A stretch of DNA of 64,000 nucleotides, from NCBI GenBank assembly GCA_964016885.1, contig OZ024755.1, positions 1,922,001-1,986,000 of the forward strand, in the 5' to 3' direction. Source of the DNA: Eledone cirrhosa (taxonomy: Eukaryota). The position numbers were made by a program, and so were the translations under genes. Every line of letters starts with the position of its first letter. Within the stretch, counting starts at the first letter, position 1. Shown here in pieces: positions 38,488-54,164 of the stretch. Under the pieces are notes generated by a model. The model made no database searches. It was not told where the DNA came from and worked only from the letters and a program-made list of their open reading frames with translations.

Positions 38488-39235
38488 ATATATATATAGA
38501 TATGTGTGTGTGTATATATATATAGATATGTGTGTGTGTATATATATATGTATACATACATCTCTATATGTACACATACTTGTCTCTCTCTCTCTATATA
38601 TATAGAGAGATTTCTTTATTTAGATACATAGATCTCTCTATATAAATACTTATATCATCACCATTTTACGCCTGTTTTACTATATCGGATGCATCATATG
38701 GTATTGCCATGTGTTTGGCATATTCAGTATGGACCCAGATATCTGTGGTACCCTGTCTTTTTTTCTACCAACAAAACCTTTGCCTTTGTAATGAGGCTAA
38801 ACAGGAATCGAAGGGAGGTAATTTAAAAGAATTGAAGGGAGGTAACCATGGATTCATTGCTGGTATTTTCTACCGGCTCTTTGTAAAATGTGATAATAGA
38901 ATAAAAAGCCCCCAAATAGTAACTAGGAATCGTGGATTCCATTCAAGTCATATTTAATTATTTTTCATGTCTTTCCTGCTTGCATTAAGTTCAAAATAAA
39001 TCAATAACTGTCTCTGATTTTGTCACGAGGTCAACAACTTTGGGGGAAAGGGGAAAGACGATTAAATTGACTCCAGTACATTACTGGTACTTTATTTTAT
39101 CGATTTCATAAGGATGAAAAGCAAAGCTAACCTGGACGAGATTTAAACTCAAGATGTAAAGGGCCGTAACTATATGCCACGAAGAATGTCCGACACTCTA
39201 CTAATTCTGCTGGAATGATAATGATGGCGACTTAC

Positions 39236-39328
39236 CTTAGTCGTTAGAAGTCTTGTAAGATAAATTTCACTGACCATTTTACTTCCTCGGTCTCCCTCTC
39301 TGTGTGTGGGGGAATCATGTTGTTTTAC
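39236..39328 (-). CDS. PlexA: Plexin-A exon
   Basis: ccag|GTA...AAG|gtaag; [31 protein letters not shown], which contains the class-A-like [18 protein letters not shown]. Confidence 0.96.
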
Positions 39329-39370
39329 CTGGTAATTAATAAAGGTAAAGGAGTATAGAAACTAACATTG

Positions 39371-39771
39371 GACCAAGACAGTCATAGTTACAGACAGACC
39401 AAGACAGTCATAGCTACAGACAGACCATGTCAGTCATAGCTACAGACAGACCAAGACAGTCATAGCTACAGACAGACAGACCAAGACAGTCATAGCTACA
39501 GACAGACCATGTCAGTCATAGCTACAGACAGACCAAGACAGTCATAGCTACAGACACAGACCATGTCAGTCATAGTATCAGACACACAGACCAAGACAGT
39601 CATAGTATCAGACACACAGACCAAGACAGTCATAACTACAGACAGACAGACCAAGACAGTCATAGCTACAGACAGACAGACCAAGACAGTCATAGCTACA
39701 GACAGACAGACCAAGACAGTCATAGCTACAGACAGACAGACCAAGACAGTCATAGCTACAGACAGACAGAC
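39371..39771 (+). repeat. 26-30-bp minisatellite gaccaagacagtcatagctacagaca(gaca)
   Basis: About 14 copies, directly visible. Confidence 0.93.
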
Positions 39772-39815
39772 ACTGATATATATCTGATACATACATATAT
39801 ACAAATACAGAAATA

Positions 39816-42722
39816 TGTGACACACTGCAATATCTGTGAGACACACTGCAATATCTGTGACACACACAGACACACTGCAATATCTGTGACACACACAGGC
39901 ACACTGCAATATCTGTGACACACACACAGACACACTGCAATATCTGTGACATACACACAGACACTGCAATATCTGTGACACACACACAGACACACTGCAA
40001 TATCTGTGACACACAGACACACTGCAATATCTGTGACACACACAGACACACTGCAATATCTGTGACATACACACAGACACACTGAAATATCTGTGACACA
40101 CACACAGACACACTGCAATATCTGTGACACACACACAGACACACTGCAATATCTGTGACACACACACACAGACACACTGCAATATCTGTGACATACAAAC
40201 AGACACACTGCAATATCTGTGACACACACACACAGACACCCTGCAATATCTGTGACACACACACAGACACTGCAATATCTGTGACACACACACAGACACA
40301 CTGCAATATCTGTGACATACACACAGACACACTGCAATATCTGTGACACACACACAGACACCCTGCAATATCTGTGACACACACAGACACACTGCAATAT
40401 CTGTGACATACACACACACAGACACACTGCAATATCTGTGACACACACACAGACACACTGCAATATCTGTGACACACACACAGCAATATCTGTGACATAC
40501 ACACACACAGACACACTGCAATATCTGTGACACACACACAGACACACTGCAATATCTGTGACACACACACAGACACTGCAATATCTGTGACACACACAGG
40601 CACACTGCAATATCTGTGACACACACACAGACACACTGCAATATCTGTGACATACACACAGCAATATCTGTGACACACACACAGACACACTGCAATATCT
40701 GTGACACACAGACACACTGCAATATCTGTGACACACACAGACACACTGCAATATCTGTGACATACACACAGACACACTGCAATATCTGTGACACACACAC
40801 AGACACACTGCAATATCTGTGACACACACACACACACACACACACAGACACACTGCAATATCTGTGACATACAAACAGACACACTGCAATATCTGTGACA
40901 CACACACACAGACACCCTGCAATATCTGTGACACACACACAGACACTGCAATATCTGTGACACACGCACAGACACCCTGCAATATCTGTGACACACGCAC
41001 AGACACACTGCAATATCTGTGACATACACACAGACACACTGCAATATCTGTGACACACACACAGACATCCTGCAATATCTGTGACACACAGACACACTGC
41101 AATATCTGTGACATACACACAGACACACTGCAATATCTGTGACACACACACAGACACCCTGCAATATCTGTGACACACAGACACACTGCAATATCTGTGA
41201 CACACACACAGACACCCTGCAATATCTGACACACACAGACACACTGCAATATCTGTGACATACACACACACAGACACACTGCAATATCTGTGACACACAC
41301 ACAGACACACTGCAATATCTGTGACACACACACAGCAATATCTGTGACATACACACACACAGACACACTGCAATATCTGTGACACACACACAGACACACT
41401 GCAATATCTGTGACACACACACAGACACTGCAATATCTGTGACACACACACAGACACACTGCAATATCTGACATACATACACACACACTGCAATATCTGT
41501 GACACACACATACACACAGACACACTGCAATATCTGTGACACACACACAGACACACTGCAATATCTGTGGCACACACACAGACACACTGCAATATCTGTG
41601 ACACACACAGACACACTGCACTATCTGTGACACACACACAGACACACTGCAATATGTGTGACACACACACAGACACTGCAATATGTGTGACACACACACA
41701 CAGACACACTGCAATATCTGTGACACACACACAGACACACTGCAATATCTGTGACATACACACACACAGACACACTGCAATATCTGTGACATACACACAC
41801 ACAGACACACTGCACTATCTGTGACACACACACAGACACACTGCAATATCTGTGACACACACACAGACACACTGCAATATCTGTGACACACACACAGACA
41901 CACTGCAATATCTGTGACATACACACACACAGACACACTGCACTATCTGTGACACACACACAGACACACTGCACTATCTGTGACACACACACAGACACAC
42001 TGCAATATCTGTGACACACACACACAGACACACTGCAATATCTGTGACACACACACAGACACACTGCAATATCTGTGACACACACACAGACACACTACAA
42101 TATCTGTGACACACACACAGACACACTGCAATATCTGTGACATACACATACACAGACACACTGCAATATCTGTGACACACACACAGACACACTGCAATAT
42201 CTGTGACATACACATACACAGACACTGCAATATCTGTGACACACACACAGACACACTGCAATATCTGTGACACACACACAGACACACTGCAATATCTGTG
42301 ACACACACACAGACACACTGCAATATCTGTGACACACACACAGACACACTGCAATATCTGTAACACACACAGACACACTGCAATATCTGACATACATACA
42401 CACACACCGCAATATCTGTGACACACACAGACACACTGCAATATCTGTGACATACACACAGACACACTGCAATATCTGTGACACACACACAGACACACTG
42501 CAATATCTGTGACATACACACAGACACACTGCAATATCTGTGACACACACACAGACACACTGCAATATCTGTGACATACACAGACACACTGCAATATCTG
42601 TGACATACATACACACACACACACTGAAATATCTGTGACACACACACACACACACACACTGCAATGCCTGTGACATACATACACACACAGACACACTGAA
42701 ATATCTGTGACACATACACACA
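39816..42722 (+). repeat. ~30-bp minisatellite ctgcaatatctgtga(ca)n-gacaca, roughly 95 copies
   Basis: Constant core with a variable (CA)n tract; fills most of one plexin intron. Confidence 0.97.
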
Positions 42723-42792
42723 CAAAGGATTTGTATGTAATTGGAAGAAATAAAGACTTTGTAGGTATAAAGTGAAAGTGAGAGTTACTTAC

Positions 42793-42890
42793 CAAATGGT
42801 ATTTGCGTATGTTGTTTTCTCCATCACTAGGTAAACCGCTAGTATTCACTGTACGGCCTAGAGATGGACTACGGGTGTAGAGGGAATTTT
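42793..42890 (-). CDS. PlexA: Plexin-A exon (linker); an alternative in-frame acceptor would start it at 42905
   Basis: ttcag|AA...TTG|gtaag; (E)NSLYTRSPSLGRTVNTSGLPSDGENNIRKYHL, leading into the conserved HL-VK. Confidence 0.87.
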
Positions 42891-43197
42891 CTGAAATTAA
42901 ACGTTCTAGAAAAATGAAAAAATAAAAAAAACAAAAATTGTAAATGACTGAAAAGAACAAAAAGAAAAAACAAATAAACAAAAAAAAAAAAGCAAAGAAA
43001 AATATATTACAAACAAAGAAAAACCCTAGATTCCAGTTGGGGAAAAGCAAAAAACATAAAATACACATACAACTAATTGTGTAAACATCTGATGATGTCA
43101 CACTGGTGCAGGTCACTGTTGTAACAATTATACAACCTGTTACTGACACAGAAATACGTATAATTAATAAATATGATTATGTAACTTCTGTCTTAAT

Positions 43198-43235
<38 letters not shown>

Positions 43236-43279
43236 AAATATATAAATAAAAAGAGCAAGAGAGAGAGAGATTTTCTTAC

Positions 43280-43373
43280 CATATTTATAAAAAGTTGGTT
43301 TGTCTTGTAGAGGGGGTCCAGTGTTTACAGGAGTTTGTTTCCGCCGAAGTGCCATATAAGCGCCATCATTGAC
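43280..43373 (-). CDS. PlexA: Plexin-A exon (end of RBD, linker)
   Basis: ccag|GTC...TATG|gtaag; VNDGAYMALRRKQTPVNTGPPLQDKPTFYKY; continues LAHYK-V.DG; phases fit neighbours. Confidence 0.85.
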
Positions 43374-43502
43374 CTGGATTATTACAAGGTAGAAATAATA
43401 GAAGGGTGATGTTGTTTTTTTTTAAATTCACTTTGAAATACGCAAGTAGTGGGAAAGGAGTAAGGATGACAAGAACTGGAGATGATAGGATATTACATAT
43501 CT

Positions 43503-43826
43503 CACAACACAACACATCACAACAGAAAACACAACACAACACAACACAATACATCAGAGAACACATCACATCACAACAGAGAACACAATACAACACAACA
43601 CAACACAACACAACACATCACAACAGAGAACACAACACAACACATCAGAGAACACAACACAACACAACACATCACATCAGAGAACACAACACATCACATC
43701 ACAACAGAGAACACAACACAACACAACACATCACATCAGAGAACACAACACAACACATCACATCACAACAGAGAACACAACACAACACAACACATCAGAG
43801 AACACAACACAAGACAAGACAAGACA
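43503..43826 (+). repeat. (CACAA/CACAT) pentamer repeat with agaga interruptions
   Basis: Directly visible. Confidence 0.9.
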
Positions 43827-44929
43827 GAAATAGCAAGAGAACCAACAACAAGAATTGAAACTAAAAGAGAAAGAAATATAGTTTAAAAGTGGAGACATGC
43901 AGGAGATGATGGTTGAAGATTGATAGAAATATATATATTATATATTTAAATGTGACGGGGGGTGGGGTGGGGCGGGGGCAGAAAAAGGAAATAAATGGTG
44001 TGCATGATAATATCAATGGGTATAAACTTATCCAGCTTATATATCAAGTGTATATGTGTTGGATCAATGTAGGTGGGGGAACATATCAAAATGCATGTGT
44101 GTGTGTGTATATAATATATATTGTATATACGATATATAAATATAACATTTACATTTTACATAATGCAGGGAGAGAGAAGGGGAGAGAGAGAAAATAAATA
44201 TAGGCTAAATAGCTTCAACAACCAGCAATTTGCCAATCATGGTCAGTATGGCTAACCCTACGACAAAACCAAAAACCGACCAGGTGGAGGTCAACCAGGT
44301 GGAAGGGGGTCCTCCAACAGGAGTAAGAAGACCCTAGATTAAATTGGATTGAAAAATTTAAAAGTGGTTTTGTTAATTTAAATGTTTATAGTAGCTTTAC
44401 TACATGAAAGATTGTGAAAATTTGTAATATGAGAGTAAAGTCTTCAGCTTTTAATGTGAAGGGGTCAGCCATATTGTTGTTTTATAGTTGGTAAAGTGGT
44501 TTCATGTGGTACAGGATGTTAAGAGTTAAATAACTTATATGTGACTGTGTAGAGGCTATTGTTAGATAACTGACTTTGTATTCAATGATGTGGTGTAAAG
44601 TCCAGAAAATGGCATGGGATAGGAACATAGAGCAGTTCATACTCAAAGATGCTTGTGTGTCTACATAGATTTAATACATATATATTTACACACACACACA
44701 CACATACATGTATACATACACAAGTATATATATATATATATATACAGGGGGAAATGTTTCATTTAAGAAGTTTTAAAGATGAAATCAACAAATGGAGGCA
44801 ACACAAAAACACAGTTTCACATTCAGGAGAGAGAGAAATATTTGAAAAATATTCACCATGCAACAGTTCATGCTGTACCACATGAGCAAGTTACACAACA
44901 TACAGGCAATAACATGTACACATGCAGTG

Positions 44930-44960
<31 letters not shown>

Positions 44961-46053
44961 GGCTTAAAAATGGAATGAGAATAAGAAGCAAGAAGAGGGG
45001 GATGGGGTGTTTTCCTCATCAGTTGTCTACTGGGTGTCTCAGATATTTCAACGCTTTAAAGACAATATATCTACCCCCAGAGTGTTCAATAAGTGGGTAA
45101 GTTATTGGGAGGAAGGAGGAAAGGAAAATAGAAAAAGGGAAGAAAGGAGAAAACAGCAAAAAAAACAACAAACCAGGGAATGTGTGAGCAACTTAAGGTA
45201 AGAAAATCCAAGACATATATATACATACATATATATATATATATATAGAGAGAGAGTATACAGCTCTACACATGCAGAGAGAGAGAGAGAGAGACTATAC
45301 TGACATAAATACGTTAAATTTTGCCATCAAGTTATTAATGTTTTGAATTTTAAGAAAACGTGTAGTAAATTAATACGTTGCAAAGTCTTGACTTTGATCT
45401 GACCGAAGACAAGGTTAGTTGGTCATTCTCTTGACAATATAGTAGAGGACATATCACCACCAAGTGGTCATTCTCTTGACAATATAGTAGAGGACATATT
45501 AGTTTTATAAATTCTTTTGACAAGATTTTTTGATGGCAAAATCTAAGGTTTTTTCATGCAAGAAAGAAAAAACAAAGCTGTGACTTTTAATATCACGAAG
45601 AAGTAAAAAATCATACATAGGTATAAAAAAACATAACAGCAAACACTTTTAAAAAACAAACATCAGCAGTAACAATAACAAAAACAATACAATGATCCAT
45701 GTACAGGAACATCAACAACAACATCAGCAGCATTCATTATCCTTTACAACAAACAAGCTAAATTAGGGGTTATAAATCAGGCAACTCCCTAAACAACAAT
45801 AAAAGACAACAAAGAAGAAAATATTTCCATAGAGATGTGAAAGAGGGGTAGTTGTATGTTACATCCAAGCAGGTGACATCAATCTTGAAGTTTTCCGGGA
45901 TGGGGTCTTCCTTGTTCCCCAAAATAACATACACTCTTTTGATTAAGTATATTTTTCACAGATATATATATTTTTCTTTTTGCTGTTCTATGTAGACGAA
46001 GAGGAGCAACGAAGAAGTCGATAAAATGGACATGCTGTAAGTATGGGTTTTAC

Positions 46054-46157
46054 CTTATAGTGCGCGAGTGAATTGAGCCGTTTGAGGTCACCCTCGATCT
46101 TTGAGGTGCTGTCTTCATCATTGAGGACGAGTATCTCGTTGGGGGTTGTACGCCATT
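46054..46157 (-). CDS. PlexA: Plexin-A exon (RBD); an alternative in-frame acceptor would start it at 46178
   Basis: ccag|AA TGG...AAG|gtaaa; (E)[34 protein letters not shown]; 104 nt. Confidence 0.92.
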
Positions 46158-46538
46158 CTGGAGGTTGAGCAAATAAGACTGTCAACAGGTAAACAGAAAC
46201 CTTTTATCAGACAAGCTGAACGTTAAGAAAAAAATGCACTCACTTACTGTTAGAGTTTGCCAGTGGGGTGTGAAAGCAGGGCCAGGGCTGTTGCATTTAG
46301 TATCGTTATTATTATTATTTTTGTGTATGTAAGAAGTAGAGAATTGCCAATGAATGATGACAGAAATATTTCTGTACCACACAGCAGCAACAGCAACAAC
46401 AGCAACAGCAGCAGAAGTTTTTACAACAGCAGCAGTTTCATTATCAGCAGCAGCAGGAGTAGTAGTAGTAGTAATAATAATAATAGTAGTACTAGTAGTA
46501 CTAGTAGCAGCATTAATAAGAGAAGTGGCCATATAGAG

Positions 46539-46571
<33 letters not shown>

Positions 46572-46814
46572 ATAGTAGCAGCATTAAAGAAGAAGGAAAT
46601 TATTAGCACCAAAGAAGTTACTGAGAAATATTCTGTAAGCCGGACATAGAAAGAGATGAAGTCTATTCTTTGAGCTAAGAAATTGTTTCTTACTCAAGTA
46701 TTAATGTTTTTCAATTCTGAAGAGTTACACATAAAATGAGACAACTCCTTCGAACATTACATCTACAAAAATACCTCCAACCTAATATATAGAGATACCA
46801 CACTATACATACTG

Positions 46815-46915
<101 letters not shown>

Positions 46916-47464
46916 CAATATATATATATATCAATACATATATATATATATATTACTATATCAGTATGTTTATCTTGTTGTACACATATATACATATCTC
47001 TATATTTTACAGGTCTCCATATACATATATACACTTCAGATATTTGTCTCTTTCTATATATATAGAAACATTTTTTTTTTTTCAAATTTTTGTGTGTGTG
47101 TACACATACACACACAGATGAATAAAGATGTACAGATGTAAAAATAAAATACACATATATTCAGCTGTGCATGTGTGTATATACATTGAGAGTGCATTTA
47201 CTGCAGGCAACAGCAGAGCTTAGAATCTAGAATAATGCTACCTAGGCCATTTTGAAAATATCTTCACGGTGTAAAGAAGGATGGAAAAAAAAAAAAAATG
47301 TCAAAAAATATAAAGTTGTGTTAACAGATGTTGATTTGGTGGTCTTCATTCTGTTCTGTTTCATGAATCCCTGATTTTATTCTATGGAGCTAACTTTGAC
47401 CTGACTCAGAATAGATGAAGCTGGTTGTGGCTTGATGGTTTGTTTGAAGGACATTATTTTAGTC

Positions 47465-47518
<54 letters not shown>

Positions 47519-49162
47519 GAAAGGAGAGAAAGAGAGCAAAAAGAAAAAAAAAAGAAGCAGAGAGCAGAGATAAGCAAAAAGAGCAACAAAGAGCAGAGAA
47601 GAGAGAGAGAGAGAGAGATAGATATATATATATAGAGAGAGAGAGAGAAAGAGAGAGAGAGTAAGCTGTGTATGTATGAACATATGTCTTCATGGTTGGG
47701 TTTATATGTATATGTGTTTATGTGTGTGTGTTGCGACAGTATGTGTATGCGTGTTTATGTGTGTGTGTATGTGAGTGTGTGTGTGAGAGTGACAGTATGT
47801 GTTTATGTGTGTGTGTGTGAGAGTGACAGTGTGTGTGACAGTATGTGTATATGTGTTTATGTGTGTGTGTGTGAGAATATGTGTATATGTCGTCTCTATA
47901 AACATGTTTGAGATGGTATGTCAAGATATAGTTTTACAGTTTATATAATAGAAATAGTCACAATAAAACAATAAAACTAATACAAACAATAATAATAATA
48001 ATAATAATAATAATGATAATAATGATGATGACGATGATGACAAACCTTTTCTAGTAAATATTAGTAACATTAGTATCTTTGGTAACTATTTTATTGATCT
48101 TTCGATGATGAGAAAGTTGAAATCCATCCAGTTTGAGTCTTGAGCTCAAAGTGAAGTATCAAATTTGATACTGTGATCAAACTGATGTTCAACCAAATGA
48201 TGAGGTTAACATGTTATATTGATTGCTGAAGAGGAAGAGTTCAAAAACAATCTAGATGAGCCTTAATTATTTTATTGACAACATTAAGGGGAATATGAAG
48301 TTTATTTTAGAGGGATTCAAACTCAGACTTTACAGGAGGACTCAATATTTAGGTCTAATGTGGGTATGCAACATTGAGTTAATCTGAATCACCTTGAGTC
48401 AAAGGAGTCCCTATTTAGTAACTCAACATACTTGCAAATAGAAAAACATAATCGTAGAGATACTGAGAGGATCAAAGATTGATCCTGAGTCAGTTGAACA
48501 AGAGCTGAAATGGTGTTACCCCTTTAATATTTAATCCGGTCATATCCGGCCAGAATTGACTCGCATCTTTCTGTTCAAACCAACTGTAACCGGCCGCTCA
48601 TACTGACATTAAGGTATTGTTTTCAAAATAAATACTATCAAAATCTCGTAGAGTCTATATTATGTGAGATAATTATGTAATGTAAAGCCTTTACCACAAC
48701 AATACAATAGTATATGTAGAGTTAAATAACATTAAAATCTACTTAAACATGAAACAGCAGCCAAACCTCCCTCAACTTTCACACTGTTGTCTTAAAAAAA
48801 GACTACAGGATAAAGGCTGACCAGGGGCTAAACAGCAACAACAACTAAACTATATTGTTAATACTAGACAAAAGGTACAAAGAAGATAAAAAATAGGAAA
48901 GAATGAAAAATTAAGAAATAGCACCACCATTTTGTATAAAAATTGGTTGCTTTTCTTATATTTATATATTTATATTTTGTTGTATATTTTATACATTTAA
49001 TTATATATTTTGTTATATTTTCCAGAAGTATTTTGTCAGAATTGTTAATTGTTATTAATTCAAAACATTTCAGGAGCAAAAATTAACAACAAAACATAAA
49101 AAAAAAAAAAATGTAATAAAATAAACAACAAAAATAATATAAAGTAATATGTGTGTGTGTGT

Positions 49163-49227
<65 letters not shown>

Positions 49228-50502
49228 TGTCTGTTCATGTGTGTATTACATGTGAAGAGGAGCTGCTCTCAAATCATTGAAGCTCACAGAGGAGATGGTA
49301 GAGGAATGCGAAAAATGGAGAAATGTTGTACTGAGAAGGACCTGTCCAACCCATGCAAGTGAGGTAAAATGATGATTATATATATATATATATCATCATC
49401 ATTGTCATCATAATTTAACATTTATTCTCCACCCTTGCATGGGTTAGACGTGCTGTCATGTCATGGACAAGTCAGATTCAGGGACAACATCATGTTCATA
49501 TAGATCTATATTGTGGCTGGGTGCCCTCCCTAACACCAACCATGTTACCGTGTCAAAGATATATACCTGAGTATTTAACTGGTACTATATTTTCTCGACT
49601 CCAGGAGGATGAAATGCAAAGTTGACCTCGGCAGGATTTGTACTCAAAATGGAACATAACTCAGTGCTGTAAGACATTTTGTTCACAACTATCAATTCTG
49701 CCATCCATTGCATTTGAGGTCAACGTGTGTATGTGTGTGTGAGTGTGAGTGTGTGTATGTGTGTGTGAGTGTGAGTGTGTGTGAGTGTGAGTGTGTGTGT
49801 GTGTATGTGTTACCAAAAATAATAAGTGATAAAATTTGTTACAAAAACTAATAATAATAATAATAACAACAACAACAACAACTGTACTACTAACCTTACA
49901 ATTTAATTTTTTCCTTCTGATAAAAATTCTATAAAACCAAACAAGGTTCTGAGAGGATTTAACATTTTAGAATTTATAGGTTTACTAATATTTTGGAATA
50001 ACGGATTTTATAATATTTTTAGAATTTTCATTTTCAAAAACTATATGAAATAAAATACACACACACATACATACAATACCATTCATAAAAATAAAACACA
50101 CACACATACAATACCATTCAAAAAGTGGAACACACTCACAATACCATTCATAAAAACCAAACTAAGAAAACTATATCTCCACTGAGATATAGAAATATAA
50201 ACAATATAAACAATATAAATAATTATATATAGAAATCAAACAAGATATTTATATATACTTAATTCAAACAATATATATATATATCATCATCATCGTTTAA
50301 ACGTCTATCTTCCATACTAGCATGGGTTAGACGGGAGTTGTCCCACTTGAGGCAAGATTGGTCGGGTGACCGTGTCTCGCTCATATAGGACTATCTGGCA
50401 GGTTTTCTACGGCTGGACACCCTTCCTAACACCAACCACATTTACAGTGTGGACTGGGAGCTTTTTACCATGTTGGACACAGATATATATATATATATAC
50501 AT

Positions 50503-50537
<35 letters not shown>

Positions 50538-50628
50538 CAGACACACAGACATACATATATATATACATACACACAGACACACATATATATATATATACAG
50601 ACACACACACATATATATATATATACAG

Positions 50629-50659
<31 letters not shown>

Positions 50660-50728
50660 CAGACACACAGACATACATATATATATATATATACATACAC
50701 ACAGACACACATATATATATATATACAG

Positions 50729-50785
<57 letters not shown>

Positions 50786-52039
50786 TATATATATATATAC
50801 ATACACACAGACACACATATATATATACATACACAGACACATATATATATACACATACAGGCAACCACATATACATACACATTACTGCAGCTACATTCAG
50901 TAATAACACAATATTGAAAGGTTCTAATTTAACTAGGGACCCTTTAAAATGACTGGTTTATCTTGTTCAAGTTTTAATTCTAAGAAGTAAGTCCTCATAC
51001 TACTCCTCTTCCTAATCCTAATCCTCATCATCATCATCATCATCATGGCATAATTGCTAATTGTTTTGTTGTTGGTAGATTCGTATTTCAGTATCAGTTA
51101 CATGTCCTAAGTTACGTATTTGACACTAGCTATAGATATCACTGAAATACATCAAATTCAGAAGGACTAATTTTTAGTTGATCAAAATAATTGCTTTGTT
51201 ACTTCCTAGTACTAATGGATTCCTATATTTTTGGTGAGATAATGTCGAGACTTTATTTACTGTTCAATAGTCCACCATTTGTTGAAACAAATAACAAAAA
51301 ATATAAAAAATATATTCTGAAAGAAAGAATGGAAAATCAAAAAGGCTGACATATATATATCTTTCATTTAAGCCTAAAACTTTAAATAGATGACCGAAGC
51401 CAATTGACCTCAGAATCTTACTGATACTTATACATTTATAATTCCTTAGAAGGGAAAAAAAGGTGAGGTTGGCCATCATAGGTTTTAAATCCATAATCAC
51501 AAGAAACTGGACCCTATACCATTAACATATCAAGTCTGACCCTAACCCCCTCTCTTGGGTTTCAGATAAATCACCTTCGTCTATGAAATGGTTTTTCTTT
51601 TGTTCCAACAACCAGAGAATTGAGCAACATTGAAACCTTCATAATTTGGAGCAAATCACTTTTAATAAACACCAACCTGTCTTGTGGTAGCGATGTATTT
51701 GTTTTGGAAGGTTTTGAAACAGATATTGTTATATTTGGTGATAATCACTGAAGATGTCACAGAAATATGTGACGAAAGAACTTTGAGAAATTATATTTAT
51801 ATTCATATTTTTAACTGTTGGTCAATCAATGGTAAACATTGATTACCAGCTAAATTATTTGTGAAAATATAAAAATATACTGAAGCGAAAACCAAACCAA
51901 ACCAAACAGTGAGTGTGTTTTACTGTTTTTGACAATATTAGGACAACATGACCCTCCACGAATATAACAATATATGTATATATATATATATCTATCATCA
52001 TCATCGTTTAACGTCCATCTTCCACGCTAGCATGAGTTA

Positions 52040-52082
<43 letters not shown>

Positions 52083-53088
52083 GTGTCCAGATTTGTTTCT
52101 CTCTCTCTTGTAAGACAAAGTTTTCTAATTAAAGATTTATTTGGTTTATAGTTTGAATAGATTCCATGTAATAACCAGGATATATTAATGCTAGCAGCAA
52201 GAGTGGGCAATATTGAATGTATAAAGTTATATGCCAGAGGGATACTAGTTAAAATAGTTCTATGTAGGAATAGTTATTAGAATGTTGTCAACAGATGTGG
52301 GCCGTGTAAAGGTTAAGTTGTTGCAATTTATATTTAATAGGAATCATTGTACAGTAATGCTAACAGCTGTGAACTATGAAAGTCTTGTTAACACACTGAT
52401 AACAAGATTTCTATTTAAAGGAGTAAGATAGAAGTGGAACTAAGAGAGTTGAATATAGCTGGAGACTTGAAAGAATTGAAAAGCTTTCTGGAACTTATTT
52501 TGTTAAACATATTGGCAATGAGTTAAAACACAAAAAAGGCTTTAAAAAGAAAAGTAGGACTGAAGGTAAGACAGAAAACAGTCACCGTTGAGACCTCAGG
52601 TGTTCTGTCGCCATATTGTGGTGATTTACTTTGTAATATAGGAAAGACAACATTCTACCTGAAGAAGGAGCTCTGTGAGGAGGAAGTCGCTGATGCAGTG
52701 AGTGTCACTGGTCATTTTCTGCAGCAATACCTTTGCTACTTTATTTGGAGAGTGCAGCTGAAACACTGCCCAGACTGGGATGTAGCGTCTGCCACTCCCC
52801 TCCCCATCTCCCATTCTTTCCTCCCTTAATTCCTCCTATTTTTATTTTCCTTTCTTTTTTGTTGTTGTTTCCTCTCAGGTCTTGAATAATTACCCCCCCC
52901 CCCCCATTATTTGGGGTCCGAAAATATATTATAGTTTTTATTTTTACTGATTTTTTATATTTAATTCTGAAATAAAAGATTTATATTTAAAATCAACAAG
53001 ACAAACAAAAACAAAACTTTATCTAAAAGAAAAAGAGAACAAGTTTAGTTATGTTTCTATATTGGAAGTTATTGAAAGTGTCACTTAC

Positions 53089-53248
53089 CAAGGTCTAAAC
53101 TTTCTTTGGGTGGCCGTCTACTAAATGGTGCGTTCTTGTATATGGCATCCATGATTTTCTCCTTAACATGCGTGATGGTATCGCAGTCGAGTACCTTCAC
53201 TGGTACATATGGCTGGCTAAACTGTTCTGTGTCGCACACATTTATTGT
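53089..53248 (-). CDS. PlexA: Plexin-A exon (Rho-GTPase-binding domain)
   Basis: ctag|ACA...CTTG|gtaag; TINVCDTEQFSQPYVPVKVLDCDTITHVKEKIMDAIYKNAPFSRRPPKESLDL; 160 nt. Confidence 0.95.
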
Positions 53249-53530
53249 CTAGAGAGGAACAAAGACATGAGTAAATACAGGCACATAGATACCCTAACCC
53301 TAATCCTATACCCTAACCCCTCACCATATACCTTCACCCTGTACCCTAACCCTAACCATGTGACAAGTACAGATATACACAGACATTTCGAGTTTGTAAG
53401 AAATGGCTCCAGTCAATAAAACTAAACTAACCCTAGTTTATTAAGTGTCCACACATTTATAGCAGTAAAAGAGTGTCTCTGTGAAGCATTGTATTTATTT
53501 TACCAACTGTGGAAGAATGGGTATACTCAC

Positions 53531-53677
53531 CAGCGTGCGGAAATCAATCTGTTGCCGAATCAGTTTATCTTCACTCAGAGAGTACTTAGCTTCACTGGAG
53601 ATAGCATCAACAGGACCTTTAGATACCTGATGCTTTATTGCTTGGAACAGCAAAAACAGGGGTTTTCCAGCACAGTC
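53531..53677 (-). CDS. PlexA: Plexin-A exon (end of C1, start of RBD)
   Basis: tag|GAC...CTG|gtgag; [49 protein letters not shown]; 147 nt. Confidence 0.95.
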
Positions 53678-54110
53678 CTACATAGAGAAAGAAAGATAGA
53701 AATGTTAAACAGAAAATTGAATGAACAAAAGGACTGTTCAGTTGTGTGAAGGACCTGACGACATCTCTAATGCTGGAGCTCTACATGATAAACACAGCCA
53801 GTACATGCTGTAGAGGGGTTGGTGTTAGGAAGGGTCTCCAGCTGTAGAAAACTTGCTAAATAAAGGGTTGGGAGGACCCTCCTGTAGTGTTAGAGACATA
53901 ATGGCCTCTCTGGTGTTGGTGCCACAATAAAATACACTTCATAGAACATGGAACCATATGTAAGCAAGCAGTTGTGAACTCCCAACTTATCTGGGAGGTC
54001 TGTGGCCTAAGCAGGGAAAGTGGATGTGAAACCGTGATGGTATATATAAACACATACAAATACATAGTTCAAATACACACACACACACATATCTATATAT
54101 ATATATACAT

Positions 54111-54164
<54 letters not shown>

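Noticed and set aside
39496-42725. Cys-rich ORFs; the unit reads HCNICD, like the first half of a C2H2 zinc finger
   Set aside because: Intronic minisatellite with variable (CA)n that shifts frame; no HxxxH half, TGEKP linker or 84-bp period
43075-43149. Possible cassette exon VTGCIIVTTVTCTSVTSSDVYTIS between plexin exons
   Set aside because: The best donor (T|gtatgt) creates TAA when joined to the next exon; no homology support
52585-52814. Possible extra plexin cassette exon (ORF 52626-52814)
   Set aside because: Candidate acceptors give stops or asymmetric phase, and the flanking exons already join to give the conserved DL-EWR
53290-53357. ccctaa runs as a telomeric repeat
   Set aside because: Only a few imperfect copies inside an intron
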